DNA of 64,000 nt, from the NCBI GenBank assembly GCA_963674755.2, contig CAXXVS010000003.1:1536001-1600000 (forward strand). The letters are read 5' to 3'. Shown one piece after another: positions 30,142 to 38,226 of the stretch (within the stretch, counting starts at the first letter, position 1; each line of letters opens with the position of its first letter). Under the pieces are notes generated by a model that saw only the letters and a program-made list of their open reading frames with translations, was not told where the DNA came from and did not search any database. Origin of the DNA: Desulfobacterales bacterium (GTDB lineage: Bacteria; Desulfobacterota; Desulfobacteria; Desulfobacterales; UBA5852). Position numbers and translations under genes: made by a program.

Positions 30142-31491
30142 ATGCGTACGGTGGCCCTGAGATCTTATATCCGCATGCTGCGGCAAGGCCGTTTGCCGGG
30201 GCAGCTGATCATCCAGCTGACGGACCGCTGCAACGCGGCCTGCCCCCAATGCGGTATGAATAGCCGCCAGCGGTTTCCACGGCGCACGCTTCCCCTGGAC
30301 AAGGTCCGGCGCATGATCGATGCCGCCGCGCAAGAAGGCTGCGCGGCCGTATCCTTTACCGGCGGCGAACCGCTGATGATGCTGGAAGAGCTGGTCGCTT
30401 TGATCAAACACGCCGGGGCGGCCGGCATGGCCTATATCCGCACCGGCACCAACGGTTTTTGGTTCCGGTCCCCCGAAAAACCCGATTTCGAAGAGCGTGT
30501 GCACCGCCTGGCCAAAGCCCTGGCGGGGACTCCCCTCAGAAACTTCTGGATCAGCATCGATTCCGCCGACCCGACCACCCATGAAGCCATGCGCGGCTTT
30601 AAAGGCGTCCTGCGCGGCATTGAACGAGCGCTGCCGATTTTGCATGCCCACGGCATCTATCCCACGGCCAACCTGGGCATCAACCGCAATATGGGCGGCC
30701 CCGGCAGCATCCCCTTTCTGACTGACGGTGGCAAGCACTCCCGGGGGGTGGCGGCCGCTGAATTCCGGCGGTGTCTGCATGGCGGTCTGGGCGGGTTTTT
30801 CCGCTCGGTGGCGGATATGGGCTTTTCCATGGCCAACGTATGCTATCCCATGAGCATCGAAGACGATGGCGGCGGCGCGGATTTGCAGGCGGTCTACGGT
30901 GCAACCGCTACCGCGGCGATCGTGTCGTTCACGCCCCGGGAAAAAGCGCATCTGTTTAACGTGCTGGCCCAGGTGGTGGCCGAAAACCGCTCCCGTCTCC
31001 GGATCTTCACCCCGCTGTGCGCCCTGTATGCCTTAGCGCGGCAGTTTCGCACCGGCCGGAGGGGGTATGCCTGCCGTGGCGGCCGGGATTTCTTTTTCGT
31101 GGATGCCCGCAAGGGGCATGCGTTTCCCTGCGGCTACCGCGGCGACGAGGATTTGGGTCCTTTTGAAGACCGGGCGGATTTGACGGCGTCATGCCATGCG
31201 GACTGCTACGCCTGTGAATGGGAGTGCTTTCGCGATCCTTCCGAACTGGGAGGCCCTTTGCGGTCCCTTTTTCACGATCCGATGGAAAATGTCCGCCATT
31301 GGCGGCGGGACCCGGCATTCTTCAAATGCTGGGCAGCGGATCTGCGCTACTATCGTGATTGCGATTTCTTCAACGGCCGGCGACCATCCCGGCCGGAGCG
31401 GTTGAAACGCCATAGGCCGGCACCGCAAGGTTATCGATCACCCACGAGGCCGGGATTACCCATTTCTAACGGTGCCTTAACGCCGTTTTAA
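30142..31491 (+). CDS. Radical SAM protein with SPASM/twitch-like C-terminus
   Basis: CNAACPQC, FTGGEP, ISIDS, CRGG..FPCG, CYACEWEC; GGAGGG SD. Confidence 0.9.
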   Translation: MRTVALRSYIRMLRQGRLPGQLIIQLTDRCNAACPQCGMNSRQRFPRRTLPLDKVRRMIDAAAQEGCAAVSFTGGEPLMMLEELVALIKHAGAAGMAYIRTGTNGFWFRSPEKPDFEERVHRLAKALAGTPLRNFWISIDSADPTTHEAMRGFKGVLRGIERALPILHAHGIYPTANLGINRNMGGPGSIPFLTDGGKHSRGVAAAEFRRCLHGGLGGFFRSVADMGFSMANVCYPMSIEDDGGGADLQAVYGATATAAIVSFTPREKAHLFNVLAQVVAENRSRLRIFTPLCALYALARQFRTGRRGYACRGGRDFFFVDARKGHAFPCGYRGDEDLGPFEDRADLTASCHADCYACEWECFRDPSELGGPLRSLFHDPMENVRHWRRDPAFFKCWAADLRYYRDCDFFNGRRPSRPERLKRHRPAPQGYRSPTRPGLPISNGALTPF

Positions 31492-31498
31492 TGCCGGT
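31466..31498 (+). promoter_or_regulatory. Putative Pho box upstream of the microprotein-DedA unit
   Basis: CTAACGGTGCC TTAACGCCGTT TTAATGCCGGT. Confidence 0.7.
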
Positions 31499-31627
31499 GG
31501 GATCTACTGCCCCAACAAGATCCGCGGCAAACTGCTGAAGAGACCCTCCAGCGAAAGCCTTTCCCGATATGCCGATGAACGCTCTGTCTGCCGCGGCCAT
31601 TTCGGAAACCTCACCAAGGAGTTGACC

Positions 31628-31810
31628 ATGAATCGGATGAACCCCTGCCGGCAATGCCAGCGTGGCGACCAGGATAAGAATACGACCCAGTGCCGTGTCT
31701 GTACCAAGCGTGTCGCCTATCTGCGGCGTCTGGCCTGCGAGCTGGAATATAGCGCCACCCTGGCGGTGGATAACGGCTACCCGCTGCATCTGCCGGCCCG
31801 GCACGCCTAA
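31628..31810 (+). CDS. Small Cys-rich hypothetical protein (CxxC...CxxC)
   Basis: AAGGAG SD; CRQC and CRVC; 60 aa. Confidence 0.7.
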   Translation: MNRMNPCRQCQRGDQDKNTTQCRVCTKRVAYLRRLACELEYSATLAVDNGYPLHLPARHA

Positions 31811-31822
31811 AGGAAATGTTAG

Positions 31823-32032
31823 ATGACCGAAAAGTATTTGCAGTTGAACAACGAGGTTTTTATCTTTCATCCCGACAGTTACGAAGTGTTGCGTGTCGCA
31901 TTCCCGTGTTTTGAACGGATCGAGCGCGCCGATCTGATGCGCTCCCTGCGCCTGCAGGCGATGGAAATTACCCGCCGGCAGGCCGAACAGGCGGTTCCGG
32001 ACATAGAGAAGATGTGCCGCCGGATCGGATAG
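31823..32032 (+). CDS. Small hypothetical protein
   Basis: AAGGA SD, tight operon spacing, 69 aa. Confidence 0.65.
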   Translation: MTEKYLQLNNEVFIFHPDSYEVLRVAFPCFERIERADLMRSLRLQAMEITRRQAEQAVPDIEKMCRRIG

Positions 32033-32065
32033 CCCGATGATGAGCGGCCTGTTCGGGGCTTTGCC

Positions 32066-32638
32066 ATGACGCCGGCGAGTCTGGTTGCCCAGTTCGGCGG
32101 GGTGGCGGTTTTCATCGGTGCCCTTCTGGAGGGCGAAACGGTCGTGCTGCTGGCGGCCATTCTGGTCCAACAGGGCCTGCTGGATTTTAAAAGCGTCCTG
32201 CCGGCCGCCGCCCTGGGGGCCTTTGCGGGCGACCAGTTCTTCTTTCATCTGGGAAGGCATCACGGCCACCGCCTGCTTACCAAGCATCCCGCCTGGCGAC
32301 GACGTGTCATGCGCGCGGTGGCTCTCCTGGAGCGCCGGCGGAAAGCGGTGATCCTGTTCTACCGTTTCTTATACGGGATGCGGGCGGTGATTCCTTTCCT
32401 GCTCGGTTCCGGAAGTTGCGGAACATGGTTTTTTACCCTCCTCAGCGGGATTAGCGCCGTGGTATGGGCGGTGATCCTGGGGGCCGGCGGCTATTGGTTC
32501 GGCGACCTTTTCCAGCATCTGCTCCGCCAGGGACGGCACATCCAGCAGGGCCTGCTGGGCGCCTTCATCCTCCTGATACTCCTTATCGCGGGATTGCGCC
32601 GGTGGAAGCGGAAGCGGCGCTCGAACAAGGCCTCCTGA
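32066..32638 (+). CDS. DedA family membrane protein
   Basis: LEGET, GDQFFFHLGR, RFLYGMR. Confidence 0.92.
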   Translation: MTPASLVAQFGGVAVFIGALLEGETVVLLAAILVQQGLLDFKSVLPAAALGAFAGDQFFFHLGRHHGHRLLTKHPAWRRRVMRAVALLERRRKAVILFYRFLYGMRAVIPFLLGSGSCGTWFFTLLSGISAVVWAVILGAGGYWFGDLFQHLLRQGRHIQQGLLGAFILLILLIAGLRRWKRKRRSNKAS

Positions 32639-32940
32639 AGGCCCCGGCCTTAAAAGATCATGGATAAACGGTGTCTAAGGCCGCAATGCGGCGTTGTCCT
32701 GCGCTGCGGGAGTTATCATCTGAGCCTATGGGCTAAGGTGCGTCCCGCCCTCGCGAGACGGGGCTGCTACCCAGATGGTTGCGATGCTTTTCGCAGCGGA
32801 CGGCGCCTTGTCTTTCGACCTGTTGGTTATCCACAGCATGTTAATCCGCCAGAGGCGGAAACGGTTCTGATGCCTTGCCGCTTGCGGCACTACATGGTTT
32901 TTATTGATACCCCGCTGCTGTGCGGCGGGATATCGTTCAT

Positions 32941-33993
32941 TCAGGTCAGATGACGGTGCACATGGAAGTGGATCGTGGCGCCGGTGACCTGACTTCTTCC
33001 CGTGTAGAGAAAAGACGCGATCCAGAACATTTGCAGGGTGAGCAGGATGGCGGGATGCCAGAGGGCCGCTAAGCCGTGCAGAAGCGGGGACGCAATGTAG
33101 GGCGTCGGTGGGGCCGGCAAAAAGGCCAACCCGACGGCCGCCAGGACGGCCAGCAGGCTCATGGCCTGGTAGGCACTGATGCGACCTTCTCCCCGGTAGT
33201 CGGCCCGCAGGAATTCGGAGGCAAACCGCCACAGCTGGCTGACAATGAGGGACAGCAGCAGGGCTGTCCGAAAGGCATTGTTGAGGAAGGCATAGATGCC
33301 GGCCAGCGCGGTAACGCTGTAGAGAACGGCGGTGATCCCCTGGATGGGAACCACCGGCACGCCTTCCAGGTGATGGGCATAGGCGATCTTGCGTGTCGCG
33401 CCGAAGAAGGTGAAGTGCCAGCGACCGAGCAAGGTCCGCATCAGGGGGTGGATCTCCTGCAAGGGTTTGCCATAGCAGCAGCCGAAGCTGATACAGGCCA
33501 GGCGTCCGATCCCTTCCCCCCAACAATAGGCCAGGCTCACGGCAGAGAGAAAGGCCAGCGGACTGACCGTCGTGTGGAAATAGCGCGCGGCCAGGGGCCG
33601 GGCGAGGAAGACCACCGGCGGGGTCAGCAGCAGCCCCAGGAAAAAGGCCCCGCCGATGCTGAAGGTGTGCGGTTTTTTCTCCACCAGGCGTGCGATCAGA
33701 CGCGAGCCCGGCATACAAATCCCCAGGACGATCACCAGCACCATCAGGGTGTAGCCCAGCGGGATGCCGATGGTCGCGGTCAATACGATGAGCAGGGCGC
33801 AGGCCAGGGTATAGGCCGTGGCATTGAAGAAGCCGTAGGTGGTCAGGTTGAGGCCCTGCCAGCCCGTGGCGGTCTTGACGACGGGGATGGCGGCCAGGAA
33901 TTGCCACCGTTCACGGGTCAGGTAGCGGAAGGCCCAGCGGAACAGGCAATAGGTCAAGAGCGCACAGATTCCTACGAAAAGTTCATCAGCCAT
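32941..33993 (-). CDS. Divergent Lgt-like (diacylglyceryl transferase family) membrane protein
   Basis: TYGFF, FSIGG, IGRLACISFGCCYG, PIQ, RFASEFLR; multiple TM helices. Confidence 0.8.
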   Translation of the reverse strand: MADELFVGICALLTYCLFRWAFRYLTRERWQFLAAIPVVKTATGWQGLNLTTYGFFNATAYTLACALLIVLTATIGIPLGYTLMVLVIVLGICMPGSRLIARLVEKKPHTFSIGGAFFLGLLLTPPVVFLARPLAARYFHTTVSPLAFLSAVSLAYCWGEGIGRLACISFGCCYGKPLQEIHPLMRTLLGRWHFTFFGATRKIAYAHHLEGVPVVPIQGITAVLYSVTALAGIYAFLNNAFRTALLLSLIVSQLWRFASEFLRADYRGEGRISAYQAMSLLAVLAAVGLAFLPAPPTPYIASPLLHGLAALWHPAILLTLQMFWIASFLYTGRSQVTGATIHFHVHRHLT

Positions 33994-35068
33994 CGGATCT
34001 TCCTTTCACGGCGATGGTGGCGCGCACCTGAACATCCGTTTCCACGAGCCGTTGCCCGAAAGCAGCCGAAAAACGGCTTTGGGCGGATTCATGGTGCTGG
34101 TTGGCAAGGATATCGCGGCAGAAGCGCACGCGGTCTTTCTGAAAGATCAGCACATCCACCGAGCTGCCGGGCCGGTAGAGGCTTTTGGGCTGGCCCCGTT
34201 TGAGAAACATGCCCGGCACCACGGGGCGGGGGGCGTCATAGCGCCGATCACTGTAACATTGAACGATATCGCCGATCATCAGGGCCACAATTTCGATCAT
34301 GGCCACATATCCGATGCCGCTGCCGCCGGGAACGGCGGTGTCGATAACGGTGACGACCCGGCGGTTTTTGGAGTAGGGGGTCACCATACGGACCACAGCA
34401 CCCGGGTTGCAGGAGTGGTAGCCGCCCTGGATTTCGTAGATATCGACCACCCGCCCGGAAACCGGCAGGTGATTGTAGTGATACTTTTCCGGGGTCAACC
34501 GGAAGATCGCGAATTGCCCCTCCCGGAAGGTTTCCCGCCACAGGGGCTTGTCGGCGCCCAGCAGCTCCTCGTAATCGAAGAATTTTTCCTTGAGAAAAAG
34601 CAGCGACTGCTGCGCGAAGGAGCCTGCTAGCATGCGGGCATCGGCTGGCGACACGATACGGTCCGGCTGGGCTGACATGGGCCTGAAGCGCCAGAAGCGG
34701 ATCTGGCGTTCAAACAGGCGGCGCGGGGAGGTCAGGGTTCCCGGGGCCAGGCATTCCGCCAGCGGGATGGCCAGCTTGCGGACCATGCGGTCGACGGCCG
34801 CGGGTGTGCGCCGGGGCGGAAAATCGAATTGCCAGAAAGCGCAGCCGTCGTTGACCCGGCGGGAGGTCAATTGCTTGAAGAGGCGGGGCGTGCTTTCCCG
34901 GGCCCGGGAATAGAGCCATTGCAGGAGGCGGTCGGCCAGCAGGTGTTCGGTGACCACCTGGCCGGTGTTTCGCCGGACAAATTGGTGGGCACCCGGAGGG
35001 AGCGTCTTCCCCCGTTGTTGATGATCGTCACCATACGGCCTGTGGGCCTGGATCAAATCCTCGGTCAT
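33986..35068 (-). CDS. Phosphatidylserine decarboxylase-like proenzyme
   Basis: SPADAR, FRLTPEKYHYNHLPVSG, EIVALMIG, cleavage-like PGSSVDVLIF; ATGA overlap with the upstream stop. Confidence 0.85.
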   Translation of the reverse strand: MTEDLIQAHRPYGDDHQQRGKTLPPGAHQFVRRNTGQVVTEHLLADRLLQWLYSRARESTPRLFKQLTSRRVNDGCAFWQFDFPPRRTPAAVDRMVRKLAIPLAECLAPGTLTSPRRLFERQIRFWRFRPMSAQPDRIVSPADARMLAGSFAQQSLLFLKEKFFDYEELLGADKPLWRETFREGQFAIFRLTPEKYHYNHLPVSGRVVDIYEIQGGYHSCNPGAVVRMVTPYSKNRRVVTVIDTAVPGGSGIGYVAMIEIVALMIGDIVQCYSDRRYDAPRPVVPGMFLKRGQPKSLYRPGSSVDVLIFQKDRVRFCRDILANQHHESAQSRFSAAFGQRLVETDVQVRATIAVKGRSDG

Positions 35069-37488
35069 GGGGTTTCCTCCGCTGCGAGGTCTTCTTCCGC
35101 CCGGCGCTGCTGCAGGGTCGATAGGATAAAGAGATGAATGAGTTTTTCCAGGGTCCCCTCCGATGCCGTCTCGAAGAGCAGGGCTTGCCGGTGACGGCCG
35201 ACATACCCTTCGGCGCTCTGCCCCTTGAGCAGTTGGTAAAGGGGGCGGTTGTAGCGCCCCTGCCGCCAGGCCTGGGGGGCATCGATGGCGGCCAGGTCTT
35301 CCTGCAGGCAATCCAGCCCTTCTTCCATCTGCCGGCGGCGCAGGGTGTCGCGGTAGTATTGTTCGGCCGCCCGGTTGAAGACTTCGGCCGGCAGCTTCAG
35401 GGGGGCGCGGGCCCCGGCGGTGTCCAGAATGCCCCGGGTCAGCCGGTCGGCCGCCGAAGCGCCGGGGGTCTGAAGGCGGGCTTCCAGGTCGTCGAGGAGT
35501 TCCTCCGCGCCGAATTGCGCAACGAGCTCCCGGGCCTCCCGCCGCAGAACCCGTACCAGGGCCAGGCGGTATTCCGCCACCTTCACACGGATATAGCCGG
35601 GATAGCGGTGGCTGAGGCGGGTGGCACGCACCTCTTGCAGCAGACGTCCCAAAAACCGGTTGCGGCTCTGGCGGTGAATATAAACGGTGGGGATGCCGAT
35701 GGCGGCGCTGAAAAAAATCTGGCGGCGCTCACTCTCGATGCGGGGCGTGTCTGGGATGTCGGCATGCCGGATGCCGTCACGGAAGATGTACTGCAGCGCC
35801 AGCGCGGAGAGCAGGACCTGCAGGGTTGCCGCCGGTTCCAGATCACAGCGAAAGCTTTGGAACTGGCTGTAGTGGCGTCCTTCGAAACCGGCAAACCCCA
35901 TGACGTCATATTGCCGCAGACGATAGAGCAGATAGAGCGGCATGGCCGTGTGGAAGATGCCCATGGCGGCCAGGTCGCTTTTCAGTTTGGCCTCGCTGCC
36001 GAGCTGTCCGCCGAGGGCGCCCGAGGTACGGGTGCTCATCAGGCAGGCAAAGTAGTCGATGAGCCGGAAGTCCAGCACGAAATCCCCCTCGAGTCCCGGC
36101 AGGCGTCCCAGGGTACGGTCGATCCAGTCCGGTCCGAAGGGGGTCACGGGCGTGCCGCCGAGGTTCATGTGGGCTTTCTTCTTCCAGCGTCGCCAGATCA
36201 TGCGCAGGTGCGTTTCCGTCAATTCGTGCGGCAAAAATCCCAGTGCCCGTTCGGGATGCATGTCGCCAAAATCCAGCCGATAGGGGGCCCCGCTGTAGGT
36301 GCCCACGAAAAGCGGCAGAAAATGCTCCATGATTTTGATGGCCAGATCCCCCAGCCATTTTTCCTCCCGGGGACCGAAACCGGAGCCCGGATCCGCGCGC
36401 CGCCGGCTCAATTGCCGGCTGCCGATGCTCAGGTGGGTGCCATTGTTGGCCAGGCTGATATTGGAGAGCGTGGGCAGCACCACCAGATTGCGGGTGATGA
36501 TGCCGGCGTCGCGCAGTTTGTTGACGGCATTGAGTTGGCTGCGGGAGAGCACTTTGTGGCAACGGGCCATGTAGGCCTGCTTTTCTTCCCCGCAATCCCA
36601 CCCGGAGAGACAGGGACTCATGAACAGCTCCCGGTAGTAGGCGTCCGGGATGAGGGTATTCAGGTGCTTTTGGCGCTGGGGGGGATGGGGGGCCATATAG
36701 ATCAGGGCCCGTTGTCCCCGGTTGAGCAGGCTGAAGCGGCGGTTGGCGTACATCACCAGCAGATGGCAGAGCAGGAGGCGTTTGGCGGTTTCCCGGGCAA
36801 TGGCGGCCCCCTGCCGTATCCCGGCGTCGAGTCGCGGGGTATAGAAAGAGTGGGTTTCAGGCGAGGTATTGTCGCTGATGAAATGGGTCATCATGCGGCG
36901 GGCCTGGGAGCGGATCATGGTGTCGGTCAGGGGCGCACTGACGGATTCGGCCAGGGCCAGCTTCAGCAGATAGCTGATGGGCACCCGGATCAGATCTTCA
37001 CCCTTGCGCCGGCAGCGGAAGCGGTCCGCATCGCCGCGCAGGGGGCTTTGGGGGTTTGTCTTGTCCGCCCGCAGGTCTTCGGCCAGGGTCATGCGGCTGT
37101 AAGAGGACAGACCGTCTTCGGGGAATTGTACCCAGCTGTTTTCCCACAGCCCGTCGGCGTTGTCGTTGATATAGGCTTCCAGCTTGTCTTTCAATCGGGG
37201 GGAGGTATCGCCGGCCAGAGCCATCCGGCAGACGTTTTCGAAAACTTCCGAAGTGGCCACCGACCTGGGCAAATCGACCTGGGCCGCCTCCCCGGCCACT
37301 GCGGCCTGAATTTCGTTTTCAGCCCCCGTGGTGGTATCTTCCGGGCTGAAAGGCAGGGTGCGTGCCAGGGCCTCGGGCGATCGGTCGTCGATGCCCAATT
37401 GTTTGGCCAGTGTGGCGGCCTCACCCGGCTGAACAGGGGTGAAGGCCTCCGGTCGGATTACGTTGGCGGCGGTTGAAGATGACATCAT
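35065..37488 (-). CDS. 807-aa hypothetical protein, putative carboxylate-amine ligase (GCS/GS fold)
   Basis: Long ORF in host-like codon style; ordered motifs TGAENE, RELFMSP, NGTHLSIG, SGAP, FEGR. ORF is confident, function is inferred. Confidence 0.65.
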   Translation of the reverse strand: MMSSSTAANVIRPEAFTPVQPGEAATLAKQLGIDDRSPEALARTLPFSPEDTTTGAENEIQAAVAGEAAQVDLPRSVATSEVFENVCRMALAGDTSPRLKDKLEAYINDNADGLWENSWVQFPEDGLSSYSRMTLAEDLRADKTNPQSPLRGDADRFRCRRKGEDLIRVPISYLLKLALAESVSAPLTDTMIRSQARRMMTHFISDNTSPETHSFYTPRLDAGIRQGAAIARETAKRLLLCHLLVMYANRRFSLLNRGQRALIYMAPHPPQRQKHLNTLIPDAYYRELFMSPCLSGWDCGEEKQAYMARCHKVLSRSQLNAVNKLRDAGIITRNLVVLPTLSNISLANNGTHLSIGSRQLSRRRADPGSGFGPREEKWLGDLAIKIMEHFLPLFVGTYSGAPYRLDFGDMHPERALGFLPHELTETHLRMIWRRWKKKAHMNLGGTPVTPFGPDWIDRTLGRLPGLEGDFVLDFRLIDYFACLMSTRTSGALGGQLGSEAKLKSDLAAMGIFHTAMPLYLLYRLRQYDVMGFAGFEGRHYSQFQSFRCDLEPAATLQVLLSALALQYIFRDGIRHADIPDTPRIESERRQIFFSAAIGIPTVYIHRQSRNRFLGRLLQEVRATRLSHRYPGYIRVKVAEYRLALVRVLRREARELVAQFGAEELLDDLEARLQTPGASAADRLTRGILDTAGARAPLKLPAEVFNRAAEQYYRDTLRRRQMEEGLDCLQEDLAAIDAPQAWRQGRYNRPLYQLLKGQSAEGYVGRHRQALLFETASEGTLEKLIHLFILSTLQQRRAEEDLAAEETP

Positions 37489-37543
37489 GGCTTTTCCTTA
37501 AGAGCGCAAACGGGTTACCATCTTTCACCCTGCGATATAGGGC

Positions 37544-37576
37544 CGTTATGTTGGCGGGGGATTAACGTCAGGCTAT
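37544..37576 (-). promoter_or_regulatory. Putative degenerate Pho box upstream of the 807-aa gene
   Basis: Minus strand ATAGCCTGACG TTAATCCCCCG CCAACATAACG then GCCC-TATATC, the same spacing to a TA element as at pstS and phoB. Confidence 0.5.
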
Positions 37577-37811
37577 TTTTGGGTGAGGGAATGGAAGGCG
37601 GCCGGCCTGACAAATGGGTTTAACGGCGAAGCGACTGCCAGATTCTTTTCCTGACGGGGTGATTCGTCGACCCGCCAGCGCAACCATAGACCCGCAAGGC
37701 TTCAAGGGGATCAGGCCATTTTCTTTTTGACAAGCGGGGACGATACGATTAATAAATCAGATCGGTGCCATGGGCGCGGCATGAGGGATTATAAGGTGGA
37801 GGAACGTAACA

Positions 37812-38210
37812 ATGGCGGAAAACAAAAAACAGATCAGCCCGACCGATGTGACTTTCCGGCTGTTCGAACTCATCACGGACATGACCTATGAGGAACAGCT
37901 GGTTCTGCTCGAAGAGCTCGAAAAAAAGAAAACGCGGCGCACCCGCCGCCACAAGCGCCGCGAAACCAGCCTTACCGTCTATTACGCCACCCACGACCGT
38001 GCCTATCGCGATACCATCCAGAATATCAGTCCCACCGGAGTGTTTATCGAAACCCGGGAGCCCTTTGACGTGGGCCAGGAAATCCTGCTCAATTTTACGC
38101 CTTCGCGCAATGCCGATCCCATCAAGGTCCGGGGGAAAGTGGTGCGCCTCACCGATGAGGGCATCGGGGTGAAATTCGTGCGGCCGGTCAGCAAAGACCG
38201 TTCGCCATAA
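37812..38210 (+). CDS. PilZ domain protein
   Basis: RRHKR and NISPTG motifs, GKVVR..GIGVKF. Confidence 0.9.
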   Translation: MAENKKQISPTDVTFRLFELITDMTYEEQLVLLEELEKKKTRRTRRHKRRETSLTVYYATHDRAYRDTIQNISPTGVFIETREPFDVGQEILLNFTPSRNADPIKVRGKVVRLTDEGIGVKFVRPVSKDRSP

Positions 38211-38226
38211 TGTGTCCGGGGTATCC

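Noticed and set aside
32827..32835. Perfect DnaA box TTATCCACA
   Set aside because: Single copy with no box cluster, AT-rich unwinding element or origin-associated genes
35069..35311. N-terminal extension of the PSD-like ORF (441-aa version)
   Set aside because: Lies inside the upstream gene; the ATGA overlap and GGAGG SD support a start at 35068
35134..37476. 780-aa plus-strand ORF (likewise 2424-4295, 42616-44415, 38437-40014 and others)
   Set aside because: Antisense shadows typical of GC-rich coding DNA; no recognisable motifs
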